A stretch of DNA of 64,000 nt from Armatimonadota bacterium (GTDB taxonomy: Bacteria > Armatimonadota > UBA5829 > DTLH01): contig JBDKUN010000022.1 in NCBI GenBank assembly GCA_039679675.1, positions 1 to 64,000 of the forward strand. The letters are read 5' to 3'. Positions 29,356 to 39,289 of this stretch are shown piece by piece. The first letter of the stretch is position 1, and each line of letters starts with the position of its first letter. Under the pieces are notes generated by a model. It worked only from the letters and a program-made list of their open reading frames with translations, had not been told where the DNA came from and searched no databases. A program made the position numbers and the translations under genes.

Positions 29356-30096
29356 CTACGGCCTGATCTCGACCGTAGTGCCGGGATCTGCGAAGTCGTA
29401 GACTTCTTCGATGTCCTCGCTTCTCATTGCTATGCAGCCTTGGGTCCAGTCGTTTATGCGCGCTTTGCTGAAATCGCTCGCAAGTTCGCCGATGCCGCCG
29501 CCGTGGATGCATATATAGCTTCCGAGAGCTGTATCTTGGGGAGGAGTCCGCTTTTCACTCAGAGCAGAGGTGATGGAGCTGTACACGGCTTTATCTATAA
29601 GCCCATTTTTGAGCCCATTATCAGCCTCGGCCTTACCAGGGTAGGCTATAAGAAGTGAGAGTTCATAGTTACTTCTGGGATTGCGGGAACAGACATAGTA
29701 GACACCTTCGGGTGTCTTGCCATCATCCCTTTTAGCTTTAGGCCCTTCAGGCCTGTAGCCAAGCGCTATAAAATATGATTTAACTCGCCTTTTACCAGTG
29801 TATACATTTAGAGTCCTGCTGGATTTATCTACTACTATCCGGCGATTCATCCGCTTCCAGCCGGATGGGAGAAGCTCCTCAAGGGGTTTCGACTCACGCG
29901 ACGGATCGCCGGGCATCGAAAACACGCAGCTTTCGCGGTCCGGGATGTCACTTGCATTGACAATCTTCGTCCCAGGCCCGCCGTTCTTTCTCGTAAAGTA
30001 ATTCATGTAAACCCAAAACCCGCCTGCAATGGTGAGTATTACAACTGTAACGACCATTAATGCGATCAGAATCCGCTTTGCTGATATGTTGCCCAT
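29356..30096 (-). CDS. L,D-transpeptidase (YkuD) family protein
   Basis: DGKTPEG.Y, ICIHGG, WTQGCIAM (catalytic His/Cys). Confidence 0.88.
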   Translation of the reverse strand: MGNISAKRILIALMVVTVVILTIAGGFWVYMNYFTRKNGGPGTKIVNASDIPDRESCVFSMPGDPSRESKPLEELLPSGWKRMNRRIVVDKSSRTLNVYTGKRRVKSYFIALGYRPEGPKAKRDDGKTPEGVYYVCSRNPRSNYELSLLIAYPGKAEADNGLKNGLIDKAVYSSITSALSEKRTPPQDTALGSYICIHGGGIGELASDFSKARINDWTQGCIAMRSEDIEEVYDFADPGTTVEIRP

Positions 30097-30103
30097 GTTA
30101 AGA

Positions 30104-30661
30104 TTACCTGAAGAACCGCGAGGCTTTTATATGCCGTTCGCAATGGAAAGCAATCGCTTCTTTCATGAAAGCCATTATCTCGCCTTCATCCACATCCTTC
30201 GGATCGAACACCAGGAGCAGCATCTGGGCTCTATCCCCGCTCTTAAAACTGATCTCGATAGATCTGAGATCGGAAAAGCCTTCAACCGGCATAGGCTGAT
30301 ACCAGTTTATATCCGGCCAGTTCAGAGATCCAATCCCTAGATATATGAGATTACGCCTGAGTTCGACTTCGCTCGCGATGTTGATTACCCGGTTGCGGGC
30401 AATACGAGTGTAAATAATATAAAGCGACAAAAGAAATATCGCTGCGGTCAAGGCAAATAATGGCCAGTTGCCTTCTTTAAAGAGCTGATATGTATACGCT
30501 CCCAAAGTTGCTTCTATAAGGCAACTAACAAACTTTTCTCTAAGGAATTCGGCCCCTTCTTTGGAGACTGCCTCTTTATTAGCATCCAGATAGCGCTTCG
30601 GAGTTTTCCACTTGATAGGTTTCGATAACAAACTATCTGCTGAGGAGGATTTCGTTTCCAA
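30104..30661 (-). CDS. Hypothetical membrane protein
   Basis: 185-aa ORF with two hydrophobic segments. Confidence 0.5.
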   Translation of the reverse strand: METKSSSADSLLSKPIKWKTPKRYLDANKEAVSKEGAEFLREKFVSCLIEATLGAYTYQLFKEGNWPLFALTAAIFLLSLYIIYTRIARNRVINIASEVELRRNLIYLGIGSLNWPDINWYQPMPVEGFSDLRSIEISFKSGDRAQMLLLVFDPKDVDEGEIMAFMKEAIAFHCERHIKASRFFR

Positions 30662-30724
30662 GTATGCACCTCTACCAGTGTCAGTATGGAATACAGTTAG
30701 GGTAATCCCCTTGCATTAAAAGCA

Positions 30725-30758
30725 AAGGCCCCGAAAATTACTTCCGGGGCCTTTATTT
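30725..30758. terminator. Intrinsic terminator after ftsH
   Basis: AAAGGCCCCG-loop-CGGGGCCTTT. Confidence 0.75.
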
Positions 30759-30783
30759 GACCTGTATTATAAGCTATTTGCTC

Positions 30784-32727
30784 TTACGCCATTCCTGGTT
30801 CGAGCCGAGGATTAGCTGGATCGGGAACCCTTTTCGACGCCTGTGAATCCTGGCACTGCTCGCCTTCGGCAGACGGACCTTCGGCTGATTCCTGCCCCGT
30901 TTTGTGATCGGGCAGCTTGGCATCAGCCATCAGAGCCTGGAACTCTTCGCGGTCAAGCGACTCCTTCTCAAGAAGCACCTTGACGATCTCATCCATCTTT
31001 TCACGATTATCGGTCAGTATCTGCTTCGCGCGGCTGTAACCGGCCTCGATGATCTTTCTGACCTCTTTGTCGATGGACATAGCGATCTCTTCGCTATAGT
31101 TCCGCTCATCGCCTATATCACGCCCGAGGAACGGGTTCGCGTGGCGCTTGCCGAGTGTCAGCGGCCCGAGCGTATCGCTCATTCCGAACTCACAGACCAT
31201 AGACCGTGCAATCTCGGTCGCCCTGTCAAGGTCGTTGTTCGCGCCCGTAGTTTGCTCTCCGAACACAAGCTGCTCCGCGACCCTTCCGCCAAGCAGTCCG
31301 GCAACATCGTCCAAAAGCTCGGTCTTTGTGGTCAGATACTTGTCTTCAATCGGGAACATCATCGTGTAACCGAGCGCCATTCCTCTCGGAAGGATCGATA
31401 TCTTGTGAACCGGGTCTGCATAAGGCAGAATCTCTGAAACAAGCGCATGACCGACCTCATGGTAAGCCACCATCGACTTTTCCTCTTCACTGATGATCCT
31501 GCTTTTCCGCTCCGGCCCGGCTACCACGCGATCTATAGCCTCCTCGAAGTCGGACATATATATCTTCGTCTTTTCCAGCCGTGCGGCGAGTAATGCCGCC
31601 TCATTGACAAGGTTGGCCAGATCCGCACCGGAGAACCCCGGTGTCCTTCTGGCAAGGCTGTCTATCTTGACATCCTCTGCAAGCGGCTTGCCGCGCGTGT
31701 GGACTTTCAGGATCGCTTCGCGCCCGATGGCATCGGGGTTGTCCACCACCACACGCCTGTCGAACCTTCCGGGCCGAAGGAGCGCAGGGTCAAGGACATC
31801 CGGCCTGTTTGTGGCCGCAATCAGGATTACACCCGCATTAGGATCGAAGCCGTCCATCTCCACAAGAAGCTGGTTAAGCGTCTGCTCCCGTTCGTCATGA
31901 CCACCGCCGAGTCCGGCGCCTCTCTGGCGGCCGACCGCGTCGATCTCGTCGATAAACACCAGGCTGGGTCGGTTAGCTTTAGCCGTATCGAACAGGTCAC
32001 GCACTCTCGATGCGCCTACCCCGACGAACATTTCGACGAAGTCCGACCCACTGATATGGAAGAACGGAACACCCGCTTCACCGGCTATCGCACGTGCGAG
32101 AAGAGTCTTGCCGCATCCCGGAGGGCCGAGAAGCAGGACTCCCTTTGGAATCTTTGCACCGAGCGCCTGGAACTTCTTCGCGTTTCTCAGAAACTCGACT
32201 ACTTCTTCAAGCTCTCGCTTGGCTTCTTCCACGCCCGCAACGTCTTCAAATGTGACCTTCGGGACATTTTCTCCAAGCCGCTTTGCTTTTGCACGTCCAA
32301 AGGACATGGCCTGGTTTCCACCGGCCTGGGCCTGCCTCATGAAAAAGATCCAAAGCACTGCGATAAGCCCGACAGGAAGAAGTAATGAGAACAGCACTGT
32401 CTGTACCATGTCCGACGTTCCAGAGTCTTCAATGGTATATTTTATGTTGTTTTTGTCCAGTTGGGAGAAGAAATCACGGTTAGCCTCATCCTGCGTAAAC
32501 AGCGTTACCTGGAACTTGGTCCCGTTTTTCAGCTCACCAAGGAAAGTGTTCTTTTTGACTACGCCACTGACGATCTTGTCGTCCATGGCATACTTCCGGG
32601 CAGCCGAAAAGGCTATCCGCTGGCGGCTCTCGCCTATCTGTCCAAATGGGCTTTTGCCTCCGCGAACTAGCAGAAACAACCCAACAATAGTCGCTATAAT
32701 AACAATATTTCTTAAATAACGGTTCAA
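30784..32727 (-). CDS. ftsH: ATP-dependent zinc metalloprotease FtsH
   Basis: 2 TMs, [26 protein letters not shown]. Confidence 0.97.
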   Translation of the reverse strand: MNRYLRNIVIIATIVGLFLLVRGGKSPFGQIGESRQRIAFSAARKYAMDDKIVSGVVKKNTFLGELKNGTKFQVTLFTQDEANRDFFSQLDKNNIKYTIEDSGTSDMVQTVLFSLLLPVGLIAVLWIFFMRQAQAGGNQAMSFGRAKAKRLGENVPKVTFEDVAGVEEAKRELEEVVEFLRNAKKFQALGAKIPKGVLLLGPPGCGKTLLARAIAGEAGVPFFHISGSDFVEMFVGVGASRVRDLFDTAKANRPSLVFIDEIDAVGRQRGAGLGGGHDEREQTLNQLLVEMDGFDPNAGVILIAATNRPDVLDPALLRPGRFDRRVVVDNPDAIGREAILKVHTRGKPLAEDVKIDSLARRTPGFSGADLANLVNEAALLAARLEKTKIYMSDFEEAIDRVVAGPERKSRIISEEEKSMVAYHEVGHALVSEILPYADPVHKISILPRGMALGYTMMFPIEDKYLTTKTELLDDVAGLLGGRVAEQLVFGEQTTGANNDLDRATEIARSMVCEFGMSDTLGPLTLGKRHANPFLGRDIGDERNYSEEIAMSIDKEVRKIIEAGYSRAKQILTDNREKMDEIVKVLLEKESLDREEFQALMADAKLPDHKTGQESAEGPSAEGEQCQDSQASKRVPDPANPRLEPGMA

Positions 32728-32792
32728 ATATCTGGACCTCCTGCTCTACAGTCAACGGGAATTTACTCCCTGTAGCCATCGGAGCTAGTCGT

Positions 32793-32821
32793 ATTATACC
32801 ATAGCATGGTCACGTTCGCAA
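32793..32821 (-). promoter_or_regulatory. sigma70-type promoter of ftsH
   Basis: TTGCGA-N17-TATAAT with TG extension on the minus strand. Confidence 0.65.
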
Positions 32822-32993
32822 CGCAATTACTCCTCCGCCAAGTCCCCTATTTCTCTCGTCTCCAGCCGGAATGTGTTAACAGTTCAGATTTATATACAAA
32901 ATTCCCGTTCCATATCAAGAAAACCGTCAATAATCCCAATAATCTAGATTGAAATCATGCCGCAGATTTTGTCGGCGCTAGTAGGATAAATGG

Positions 32994-34949
32994 ATGAAAT
33001 TCGGCAAAAAGCTGGGATTGCTTTTCTGGTTCTGCACAATCAGTATAGTCATATTTACTGCAGGGGTCTTCTATAAGGAAATATCATCGACAGCCCACAT
33101 TACAGCAGGAACGCATCTTACCGACATTGCATCCAGCATATCGTTTTTGATCGATACCGATGCTCACTCAAGGATAAAAAGCCCGACGGATGAGAAAGGC
33201 AGGGATTATAAGCTGATTCGCAGTAAACTGGAGCGTTTTCGTGAAGCTAATCCCAAGATTCGGCATATATACACCATTGTGCGGGCCGCGAAGTCGAACC
33301 GATTGAACTATGTGATCGATGTAGGTGTCAATCCATCATTGATCGCGCATGTGGGATGCCCCTTGAATATAACTGATTACCCCGAAATTCAGCACGCGTT
33401 CGATAAACCCATTGTCGATCCGGTTGTGCGGCAGGACAAATGGGGATCGTGGATTTCAGCTTATGCTCCTGTCAAATCCGGGAATACCACCGTTACAATC
33501 GTCGGCTTCGATATGTCTGCTAAAGAAGCAATAAAGGAGGAGAAACATCTCCAGTTCATTGTCGGGCTGATGGTGGGCATTGGGATCATTTTATCTACGG
33601 TGCTCGGATTTGTGATCGATGCGAAGATCAGTAAGCCGATCAACCAACTTACCGTCGCAACACAACTCATCGCGGATGGCAACCTCGACCATGTTATCTC
33701 GATCGACAGCAAGGATGAGATCGGCAAAATGGCTGAAAGCCTGAACCGTATGACACAAAGCCTGCGTGAAAGCCAGACAAGCCTGCTTCAGCGAGCTAAT
33801 ACCGATGGTTTGACGGGACTTTACAACCATCGATACTTCCAGGACCGGCTCAATCAGGAGTTGAAGCGCGCCCTCAGGTACAGCCGTCCTCTATCGCTTA
33901 TGATGATCGACCTGGACGGCTTCAAGGCGGTCAACGATAGCCTCGGACATCTTGCCGGTGATACGATACTAAGGAATTTCTCAAAAATCCTTACGTCCGA
34001 AGTGCGGGAAATCGATGTCGCCGCGAGGTACGGCGGCGACGAGTTTGCGGTAATCCTTCCGGAGACCAGTTTGGAGGAAGCCCTGCGGTTAGCCGAGTCT
34101 GTACGCGCTGCTGTGGACCACTCTCCGCACTTGATGGAAGAGTCTTTGACCACCAATGGTGACAAGTCCGATAATAAAAAGGACTGGAAGATCACCCTCA
34201 GCATAGGTGTGGCTGAGTGTCCTGCTCACACCCGGCAAAGAGACTCTCTCGTGTCGGCAGCAGATATTGCGATGTATCATGCCAAGCATGTGTCACAAAA
34301 CGCGGTCTGCAGTTATGATCGGGTCCCCGGAGCTGGAGGAACGATGGACCCATGCAGGATTTACACATTCCTGCAAAGTGCAAGCGTCAGCACCATAGCC
34401 GCGCTTGCCGCCGCTGTCGACGCGAAGGACCACTACACTCATGGCCATTCCGAGTCCGTAGCCCGATATGCCGTAGGAATAGCCACAGAACTGCGGCTTA
34501 CTTCGGAAGAAAAGTTCAACGTGCGCATCGCTGCGCTTCTTCACGATGTAGGAAAAATCGGTATGCCAGATACTCTGCTCAACAATCCGGGTAAGCTCGA
34601 CACTTACGAGCGTGAGCTCATCCGCAATCACCCGTCAGTAGGAGAACGGATCGTCAAGCAGGTCCCGCAACTCCAAAAGATACTTCCCGGCATACTTTAT
34701 CATCATGAAAAATATAATGGGACCGGCTACCCATGCGGGCTTTCCGGCAAAAAAATCCCTTTGATCGCCAGAATTATCTGTGTTGCCGATTCTTTCGATG
34801 CCATGACATCGAACCGGCCATACAGGAGCGCCATGTCAACTGCTCAAGCTCTGGCGGAACTGCGTGATAATGTCGGGACACAGTTCGATACCGATTGCGT
34901 GGATGCGCTCATCCGGTGGATACAGTCCGCCGAACTGCAGGTCGCATAG
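32994..34949 (+). CDS. Membrane sensor HAMP-GGDEF-HD-GYP protein
   Basis: 2 TMs, HAMP, REID (I-site) + GGDEF, LLHDVGK, HHEKYNGTGYP. Confidence 0.92.
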   Translation: MKFGKKLGLLFWFCTISIVIFTAGVFYKEISSTAHITAGTHLTDIASSISFLIDTDAHSRIKSPTDEKGRDYKLIRSKLERFREANPKIRHIYTIVRAAKSNRLNYVIDVGVNPSLIAHVGCPLNITDYPEIQHAFDKPIVDPVVRQDKWGSWISAYAPVKSGNTTVTIVGFDMSAKEAIKEEKHLQFIVGLMVGIGIILSTVLGFVIDAKISKPINQLTVATQLIADGNLDHVISIDSKDEIGKMAESLNRMTQSLRESQTSLLQRANTDGLTGLYNHRYFQDRLNQELKRALRYSRPLSLMMIDLDGFKAVNDSLGHLAGDTILRNFSKILTSEVREIDVAARYGGDEFAVILPETSLEEALRLAESVRAAVDHSPHLMEESLTTNGDKSDNKKDWKITLSIGVAECPAHTRQRDSLVSAADIAMYHAKHVSQNAVCSYDRVPGAGGTMDPCRIYTFLQSASVSTIAALAAAVDAKDHYTHGHSESVARYAVGIATELRLTSEEKFNVRIAALLHDVGKIGMPDTLLNNPGKLDTYERELIRNHPSVGERIVKQVPQLQKILPGILYHHEKYNGTGYPCGLSGKKIPLIARIICVADSFDAMTSNRPYRSAMSTAQALAELRDNVGTQFDTDCVDALIRWIQSAELQVA

Positions 34950-35157
34950 CAGTTTTCAGCCATCAGCCTCCTGTCACCTATTCCCTATTAAATTAAATCT
35001 CCAACTGCCATTTTATCATTACAAATGGGTATAAATGGATTGACCGGTGTTGTGACACACAGCCGGTTACGACAAGTGGTAGTTTTGTTGAAAAACACGA
35101 CGCAATTGACCTGTGGTTATTGCTATATAACCACAAGCGTTCCAGGAGGCAAGGACG

Positions 35158-35850
35158 ATGAGAGTGATATGGGTTATCGCAATCCTGATGATTGCTGGAG
35201 TATCGGTTATACAAGCAGCACCCAGTTACTTAGGGCCATCAGGTGTCATACTGACGCCTGACGAAAAGACTGTCCCTCATAAACAGTTCGGGATTGGATA
35301 TCACATGATCTCGAACATAGACTTCAGGGGCGATGATAATAGAGACTTGAACATTTTCCACAACGAATACGGGCTCACTCCCAGTATAGAAATTGGGCCC
35401 ACAATAGTGGACCAACAGGACAATGGTTCCGACCTGGCGATAAACGGAAAATGGCGGTTCATGGATGAGACAGCCAAAATACCTGCGATTGCAGTAGGGG
35501 TTTTGGATGCATCAGGAAATGCAATAGACGATAACGCCAGCTTCTATCTGCTGTTCTCAAAGAACCTGACACGAACCGCAACAGAAGTGGCAAAAACTCC
35601 ATCCAAGCCGCTTCGCGGAACCATTGGAGTCGGATCGGGGTTCTTTGATGGAATATTCGCCAGCCTGGATTGGACGTACAATCCTCAGCTCAGTGTGATG
35701 GCTGAGATCGTAAACGGAGGAGACTTCTTCGACAACACAATGGTCAATGCAGGTCTCAGATACTCGATAAGTTCCGGACTGAGACTGGATCTGGCTACCA
35801 TAGACTTTGATAGCATAGCCTTCGGTATAAGCTACACAGGCGGCTTTTAA
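35158..35850 (+). CDS. Exported YjbH-like outer-membrane beta-barrel protein (paralogue 1)
   Basis: Signal peptide; G.SG.I..P start; alternating beta pattern; C-terminal F. Confidence 0.6.
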   Translation: MRVIWVIAILMIAGVSVIQAAPSYLGPSGVILTPDEKTVPHKQFGIGYHMISNIDFRGDDNRDLNIFHNEYGLTPSIEIGPTIVDQQDNGSDLAINGKWRFMDETAKIPAIAVGVLDASGNAIDDNASFYLLFSKNLTRTATEVAKTPSKPLRGTIGVGSGFFDGIFASLDWTYNPQLSVMAEIVNGGDFFDNTMVNAGLRYSISSGLRLDLATIDFDSIAFGISYTGGF

Positions 35851-35882
35851 CAATTAGCTGTCAGCTCTCAGATTTCAGCAAG

Positions 35883-35927
35883 AAGGGACTGGTGGATGAT
35901 TACCACATTTTCCATCAGTCCCTTTAT
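35883..35927 (+). terminator. Intrinsic terminator
   Basis: AAGGGACTGGTGG...CCATCAGTCCCTTTATT. Confidence 0.6.
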
Positions 35928-36125
35928 TCTTACCCCAGTATAGCTCCTATGCAACTTGAACCACATGTGCTATAAAGGGCAATCTAGCTCGGCAATTTGC
36001 GTCTGCTTGTTTCAGGAAGTATGGAAGTCCGAGCAATCCCCGGTGCCGATATGAGGAAACATGGAGACTCTATTGCTTGCGGAGGTTTTTGCGAGGCTTC
36101 CAGAGACAGCATAGGAGGAGAAACA

Positions 36126-36812
36126 TTGAAAAAACTGGTTCTGACCGCCGTTTTGGCGGGAGCGCTCATCCTTTCTGCAGTCGGAATGGCTGCCGCAGCG
36201 CCCAATATCTATGGTACGAGCGGACTCATCGAAGTACCGGACGATATCATCTTTCCTGTCGGATCTGTAACTCCGGCGTTCCATCACGTTTCCGGCGACA
36301 ACGATACCGATTTAAACTTTTTCACCTTTGGTGTTGGCGTTTTGCCTAACCTGTCGGTAAGCGGCGGAATTGTTGATAATGATGACTCCAAAGCTATAAT
36401 CAATGCCAAATACAGGGTTTCGGCAGAGACAGTTGATCGCCCGTCGATCACTTTCGGTGTCGTCGATGCAACCGGAGAACTGAACGCTGATGACGACCCC
36501 GGCCTTTATGTCCTTTTCGGAAAGAACCTGACTGCTGCTGCCGAAGAAGTATCGGGTGGCATTTCCAAGCCTCTGCGCGGTTACCTTGGCTTTGGCACCG
36601 GCACCCTTAAGGGCTTCTTCACTGGTCTCGATTGGACGCTGACACCGAGACTCACCGGGATAGTCGAGTATGTCTCCGAAGGTCTGAGAGGCGATGCCCA
36701 CTTCAACGGCGGAGTCCGAATCGCGGTCACCAATGAAGTACGAGTAGACTTGGGGTTGGTAGATTTCGAAGACTTTACCGCAGGGGTCAGCTACAACGCA
36801 CTGAGATTCTAG
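36126..36812 (+). CDS. Exported YjbH-like outer-membrane beta-barrel protein (paralogue 2)
   Basis: AGGAGGA RBS + TTG 36126; shares KNLT..A.EV...SKPLRG..G.G.G and LDWT with paralogue 1; C-terminal F. Confidence 0.62.
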   Translation: MKKLVLTAVLAGALILSAVGMAAAAPNIYGTSGLIEVPDDIIFPVGSVTPAFHHVSGDNDTDLNFFTFGVGVLPNLSVSGGIVDNDDSKAIINAKYRVSAETVDRPSITFGVVDATGELNADDDPGLYVLFGKNLTAAAEEVSGGISKPLRGYLGFGTGTLKGFFTGLDWTLTPRLTGIVEYVSEGLRGDAHFNGGVRIAVTNEVRVDLGLVDFEDFTAGVSYNALRF

Positions 36813-36836
36813 GTAATCTTCAGTTTTGATAGCAAC

Positions 36837-36910
36837 ATGTCATTCTGAGCGAAGCGAAGAATCTCAATCTTCCGACATTTGAGGTCCTTCGCCTACACTC
36901 AGGATGACAT
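36837..36910. repeat. GTCA/TGAC-ended palindromic repeat (relative of family A)
   Basis: ATGTCATTCTGAGCGAAGCGAAGAATCTC...GAGGTCCTTCGCCTACACTCAGGATGACAT. Confidence 0.75.
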
Positions 36911-37113
36911 AAGCTAACAATATTCAAGTTAATCTACCGTTAGCAATCAACAGTGAACAACCCTGATACCCGTTTCTGTTAAGACAACTGCGCTTTTGAC
37001 AGCCTTCATCTTCTTTATTGCTCTTCGAGAACCATCACACGCTGGAACGAAATCCTCTCACTAACAGTCATATTAATGGGGGAGGAGTGTGCCCAGAGAA
37101 TCAGCTCTACCGT

Positions 37114-37142
37114 TTGACCGGTTATCCGGGGCGTGTTATAAT
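37114..37142 (+). promoter_or_regulatory. sigma70 promoter
   Basis: TTGACC-N17-TATAAT with extended -10 TG. Confidence 0.75.
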
Positions 37143-37374
37143 ACTTCGGGTAATAGTGTGTTCCGCAGCCGGAAGAACCGCATCATGATGTCTGTATTCG
37201 CGGCAGTGGAATACACGATGAGTTCCCCCTTAGAGCTGCAAAACACCTCCGTTTGTGCGGCTTGATCCGGCGCAGTATGATTCCCCTTGACGTCGCGCGA
37301 CAGGTATTTTTTGTTTCCTGCCAACGCGACTGTCGTTGATATTTTGTACAGGTTGAGAGGATCAACTGGTTGTT

Positions 37375-39141
37375 ATGAGCGAGGTAAAGAAGGTCTTGAG
37401 TAATCAGGAATTGGAACAGCTCAATGGGCGTATCGACGCTCTTCAGAAAGAGCTGGATGAGAAAAAAGTTGCGATTTCCGCGTTAGAGCGAGCAAACAAA
37501 CAACTTGAGGAAAAGGTGCGCGCCTCTGAAGTCACAGAGGGGCCTACATCACTTACTGAACTCGAAGAAACACTAAAAAGGCTTGTCTTCAGGGTCGCCA
37601 TGATCCTGCAGGCGGAAAAGTGCGTCTTTATGCTCTTCGATAAAGATAATGGCGATCTTGCCGCTGCAAAGCCTGCCTTCGGGCTCACTGACGAAGAAGT
37701 AAAGAGATTTCGTGTAAGAGCTACGCATGGCATCTCTGGAGAAGTTTACAGGGGGCTGAAGCCTATCATACTTTATGATGCCGTTAATGATCCCCGTACC
37801 ATAAAAGAGAATGTCGGAATTCTCGGCGTCTGGAATGGCGTATGCGTACCGTTGATCATTGAGAAGCGGGACGAAGACACGAACAAAGTAGTAGAGTCCA
37901 GGCCTATCGGCGTTCTTCATGTTTTCAACAAGCGCGATGGCAATGTTTTCATCCAGGAAGATGTCAATCTCCTTACAAGGCTTTCCAAAAACGCAGCATC
38001 GGTCATAGCAAGCGCTCAGATGTATCGTGAAGTCGTAGAGGAAAAAGAAGAACTCGAAAGCATCATCGAGAATGTCTACGCCGGACTGGTAATGATCAAC
38101 GAGAGCGGCAGGATCATTCAGAGCAACGCTTCGGTGCGCACTATGCTGGGAATAGAAGAGACAGATCTTGTCGGCAAGCTCTATAGTGACGTAGTCGAAA
38201 ATGAGCATGTATGCGAAATCATACGCACATCACTCAAAGATGTCTCTGATATGGCTGAAGAAGTCAGCGTCATTATGCCGGGAGAAGACGGCGAAGACAA
38301 GGAAAACATCTACCAGATGCAGACCGCCGTGGTCAGAAGCGACGACAACAAGGCCATGGGCGTTGTAATAATCTTCAACGATATAACAGAGATCAGAAGC
38401 ATCGAGCGGATGAAGACCGCTTTCGTATCTACAGTTTCTCACGAGCTGAGAACTCCGTTGACATCCATCAAGGGGTTCATCTCTACGCTGCTTATGGATG
38501 AAGACGGCACATGCTACGACTTCGATACGCAGCGTGAGTTCTATAACATCATCGATACGGAATGCGACAGGTTGACCAGGCTCATAAGCGATCTTCTTAA
38601 CGTATCGAGGATCGAAGCCGGGCGCGCGCTCGACCTGAATCCGAAGCCGGTCACGCTGCCCGCACTCATCGAAAAGGTTGTGGCAGTCCAAAGAAGCTAT
38701 ACGGACAAACACAAACTGGTTGTCGATATAAAGAACGAGCTGCCGGTCATAGTTGCAGATGAAGACAAGGTAGACCAGATTCTTACGAACCTTACCAATA
38801 ACGCGATCAAGTATTCGCCTAAGGGCGGCACTATCACGGTCAGCGCAGTTGCTGAGGACGACATCGTAAGGTTTGCCATCACCGACCAGGGAATGGGTAT
38901 TCCGAAAGATCACCTTCCCAAGGTCTTCGACAGGTTCCACAGGGTCGATAACCGCGACACGAGGACTGTCGGAGGGACCGGTATTGGCCTTTATCTGGTC
39001 AAGCACCTGGTCGAAGCCCATGGCGGCAAGATCTGGGTCGAAAGCGAAGTCGGCAAGGGGTCCAGCTTTATATTTGAGATGCCGAAGTGCCCGCCGCAAT
39101 TCGCTGAGGAGCATGATGAACTTCTGGCCGGCAATAACTAA
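37375..39141 (+). CDS. Cytoplasmic GAF-PAS sensor histidine kinase
   Basis: Coiled coil, GAF, PAS, VSHELRTPLTSI, NAIKYS, DQGMGI, GGTGIGL. Confidence 0.93.
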   Translation: MSEVKKVLSNQELEQLNGRIDALQKELDEKKVAISALERANKQLEEKVRASEVTEGPTSLTELEETLKRLVFRVAMILQAEKCVFMLFDKDNGDLAAAKPAFGLTDEEVKRFRVRATHGISGEVYRGLKPIILYDAVNDPRTIKENVGILGVWNGVCVPLIIEKRDEDTNKVVESRPIGVLHVFNKRDGNVFIQEDVNLLTRLSKNAASVIASAQMYREVVEEKEELESIIENVYAGLVMINESGRIIQSNASVRTMLGIEETDLVGKLYSDVVENEHVCEIIRTSLKDVSDMAEEVSVIMPGEDGEDKENIYQMQTAVVRSDDNKAMGVVIIFNDITEIRSIERMKTAFVSTVSHELRTPLTSIKGFISTLLMDEDGTCYDFDTQREFYNIIDTECDRLTRLISDLLNVSRIEAGRALDLNPKPVTLPALIEKVVAVQRSYTDKHKLVVDIKNELPVIVADEDKVDQILTNLTNNAIKYSPKGGTITVSAVAEDDIVRFAITDQGMGIPKDHLPKVFDRFHRVDNRDTRTVGGTGIGLYLVKHLVEAHGGKIWVESEVGKGSSFIFEMPKCPPQFAEEHDELLAGNN

Positions 39142-39206
39142 TGCATTTCAAGTATAGTAAAACTGATACTCAATAGAGTAGAAAAAACACATAAAGTAGA
39201 GTAGAA

Positions 39207-39245
39207 TGGAGCCGGTGTGTTATACGCCAGCTCCATTTTTTTGTT
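39207..39245 (+). terminator. Intrinsic terminator
   Basis: TGGAGCCGGTG-loop-CGCCAGCTCCA-TTTTTTT. Confidence 0.8.
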
Positions 39246-39289
39246 TATGGAGCCTCCAGAATCATAAAATATTCCTTATGAGGTGAAGA

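Noticed and set aside
37149..37286. 6S RNA or SRP RNA
   Set aside because: No convincing end-to-end closing stem with a central bubble and no SRP domain IV motif; kept only as an unassigned structured RNA.
38230..39114. 294-aa minus-strand ORF, and similar long antisense ORFs over ftsH, proC, yggS and the nuo genes
   Set aside because: Shadow frames of well-supported genes, with no recognisable motifs.
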